DNA of 64,000 nt, taken from assembly GCA_963514005.1 (NCBI GenBank), contig OY740799.1, positions 11,904,001-11,968,000 of the forward strand. The letters run 5' to 3'. Source of the DNA: Raja brachyura (Eukaryota). The notes beneath the pieces were generated by a model. It saw only the letters and a program-made list of their open reading frames with translations. It ran no database searches and was not told the origin of the DNA. How positions within the stretch are numbered: the stretch's first letter is position 1; each line of letters begins with the position of its first letter. Positions 63,560-64,000 of the stretch are shown here, piece after piece. Position numbers and translations under genes: made by a program.

Positions 63560-63867
63560 TATATGTTCATATGTTATAGGAGCAGAATTAGGCTATTTGT
63601 CCCATCAAGTCTACTCCGCATTCATTAATGGTGTATCTATCGTTCCGTCTCAACCCCATTCTCCTGCATTTTTCCCATAACCCCTGACACCCTTCCTAAT
63701 CAAGAATCTGTCAATCTTTGCCTTAAATATATCCATTGACTTGGCCTCCACAGCCATCTGTGGCCATGAATTCCACAGATTTACCACCCTCTGACTAATG
63801 ACGTTTCTCCTCATCTCCTTTCTAAATGTACGTCTTTTTATTCAGAGGCTATGGCCTCTGGTCCTAG
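63560..63867 (-). mobile_element. CR1 LINE 3' end
   Basis: ataggagcagaattaggctatt...ttggcctccacagccatctgtggccatgaattccacagatttaccaccctctg. Confidence 0.85.
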
Positions 63868-63872
63868 TCCTA

Positions 63873-64000
63873 GCAGTGACTAGTGGGGTACCGCAAGGCT
63901 CAGTGCTGGGACCCCAGCTATTGACAATATACATTAATGATCTGGATGAGGGAATTGAAGGCAATATCTCCAAGTTTGTGGATGACACTACGCTGGGAGG
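63873..64000 (+). mobile_element. CR1 RT segment in opposite orientation (runs off the window)
   Basis: Translates [42 protein letters not shown]. Confidence 0.9.

Larger units (their letters stand above)
62019..64000 (+). other. SND1: SND1 intron downstream of the exon (continues beyond window)
   Basis: Begins GTAGGA; SND1 similarity ends at the donor. Confidence 0.85.

Overview
AT-rich vertebrate genomic DNA, most likely from a cartilaginous fish (skate or ray). This is inferred from HE1/V-SINE-like SINEs, HER1/CR1-like LINE tails and the elasmobranch-type Penelope repeat. The only host coding sequence I can support is one 189-nt, phase 0/0 internal exon of SND1 (Tudor-SN) on the + strand at 61830-62018. 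Everything else appears to be SND1 intron (at least 61.8 kb upstream, about 2 kb downstream). The intron is full of transposon relics: CR1 LINE fragments, tRNA-derived SINEs, RTE and L2/Rex-like fragments, two Tc1/mariner families, four PIF/Harbinger-type MITEs and one hAT-type non-autonomous element. It also holds about 20 short Penelope-like (PLE) insertions. Many of these have 10-16 bp target-site duplications and a minimal hammerhead-ribozyme core (CUGAnGA-hairpin-GAAAC-GUH). One carries a tandem hammerhead dimer, and one retains the GIY-YIG C-terminus. Several repeat-poor, motif-dense stretches look like conserved non-coding elements. I see no intact novel gene or prokaryotic-type system; nearly all ORFs in the supplied track are spurious or TE-derived. 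Repeat boundaries were read by eye and are approximate unless a TSD or TIR is quoted.
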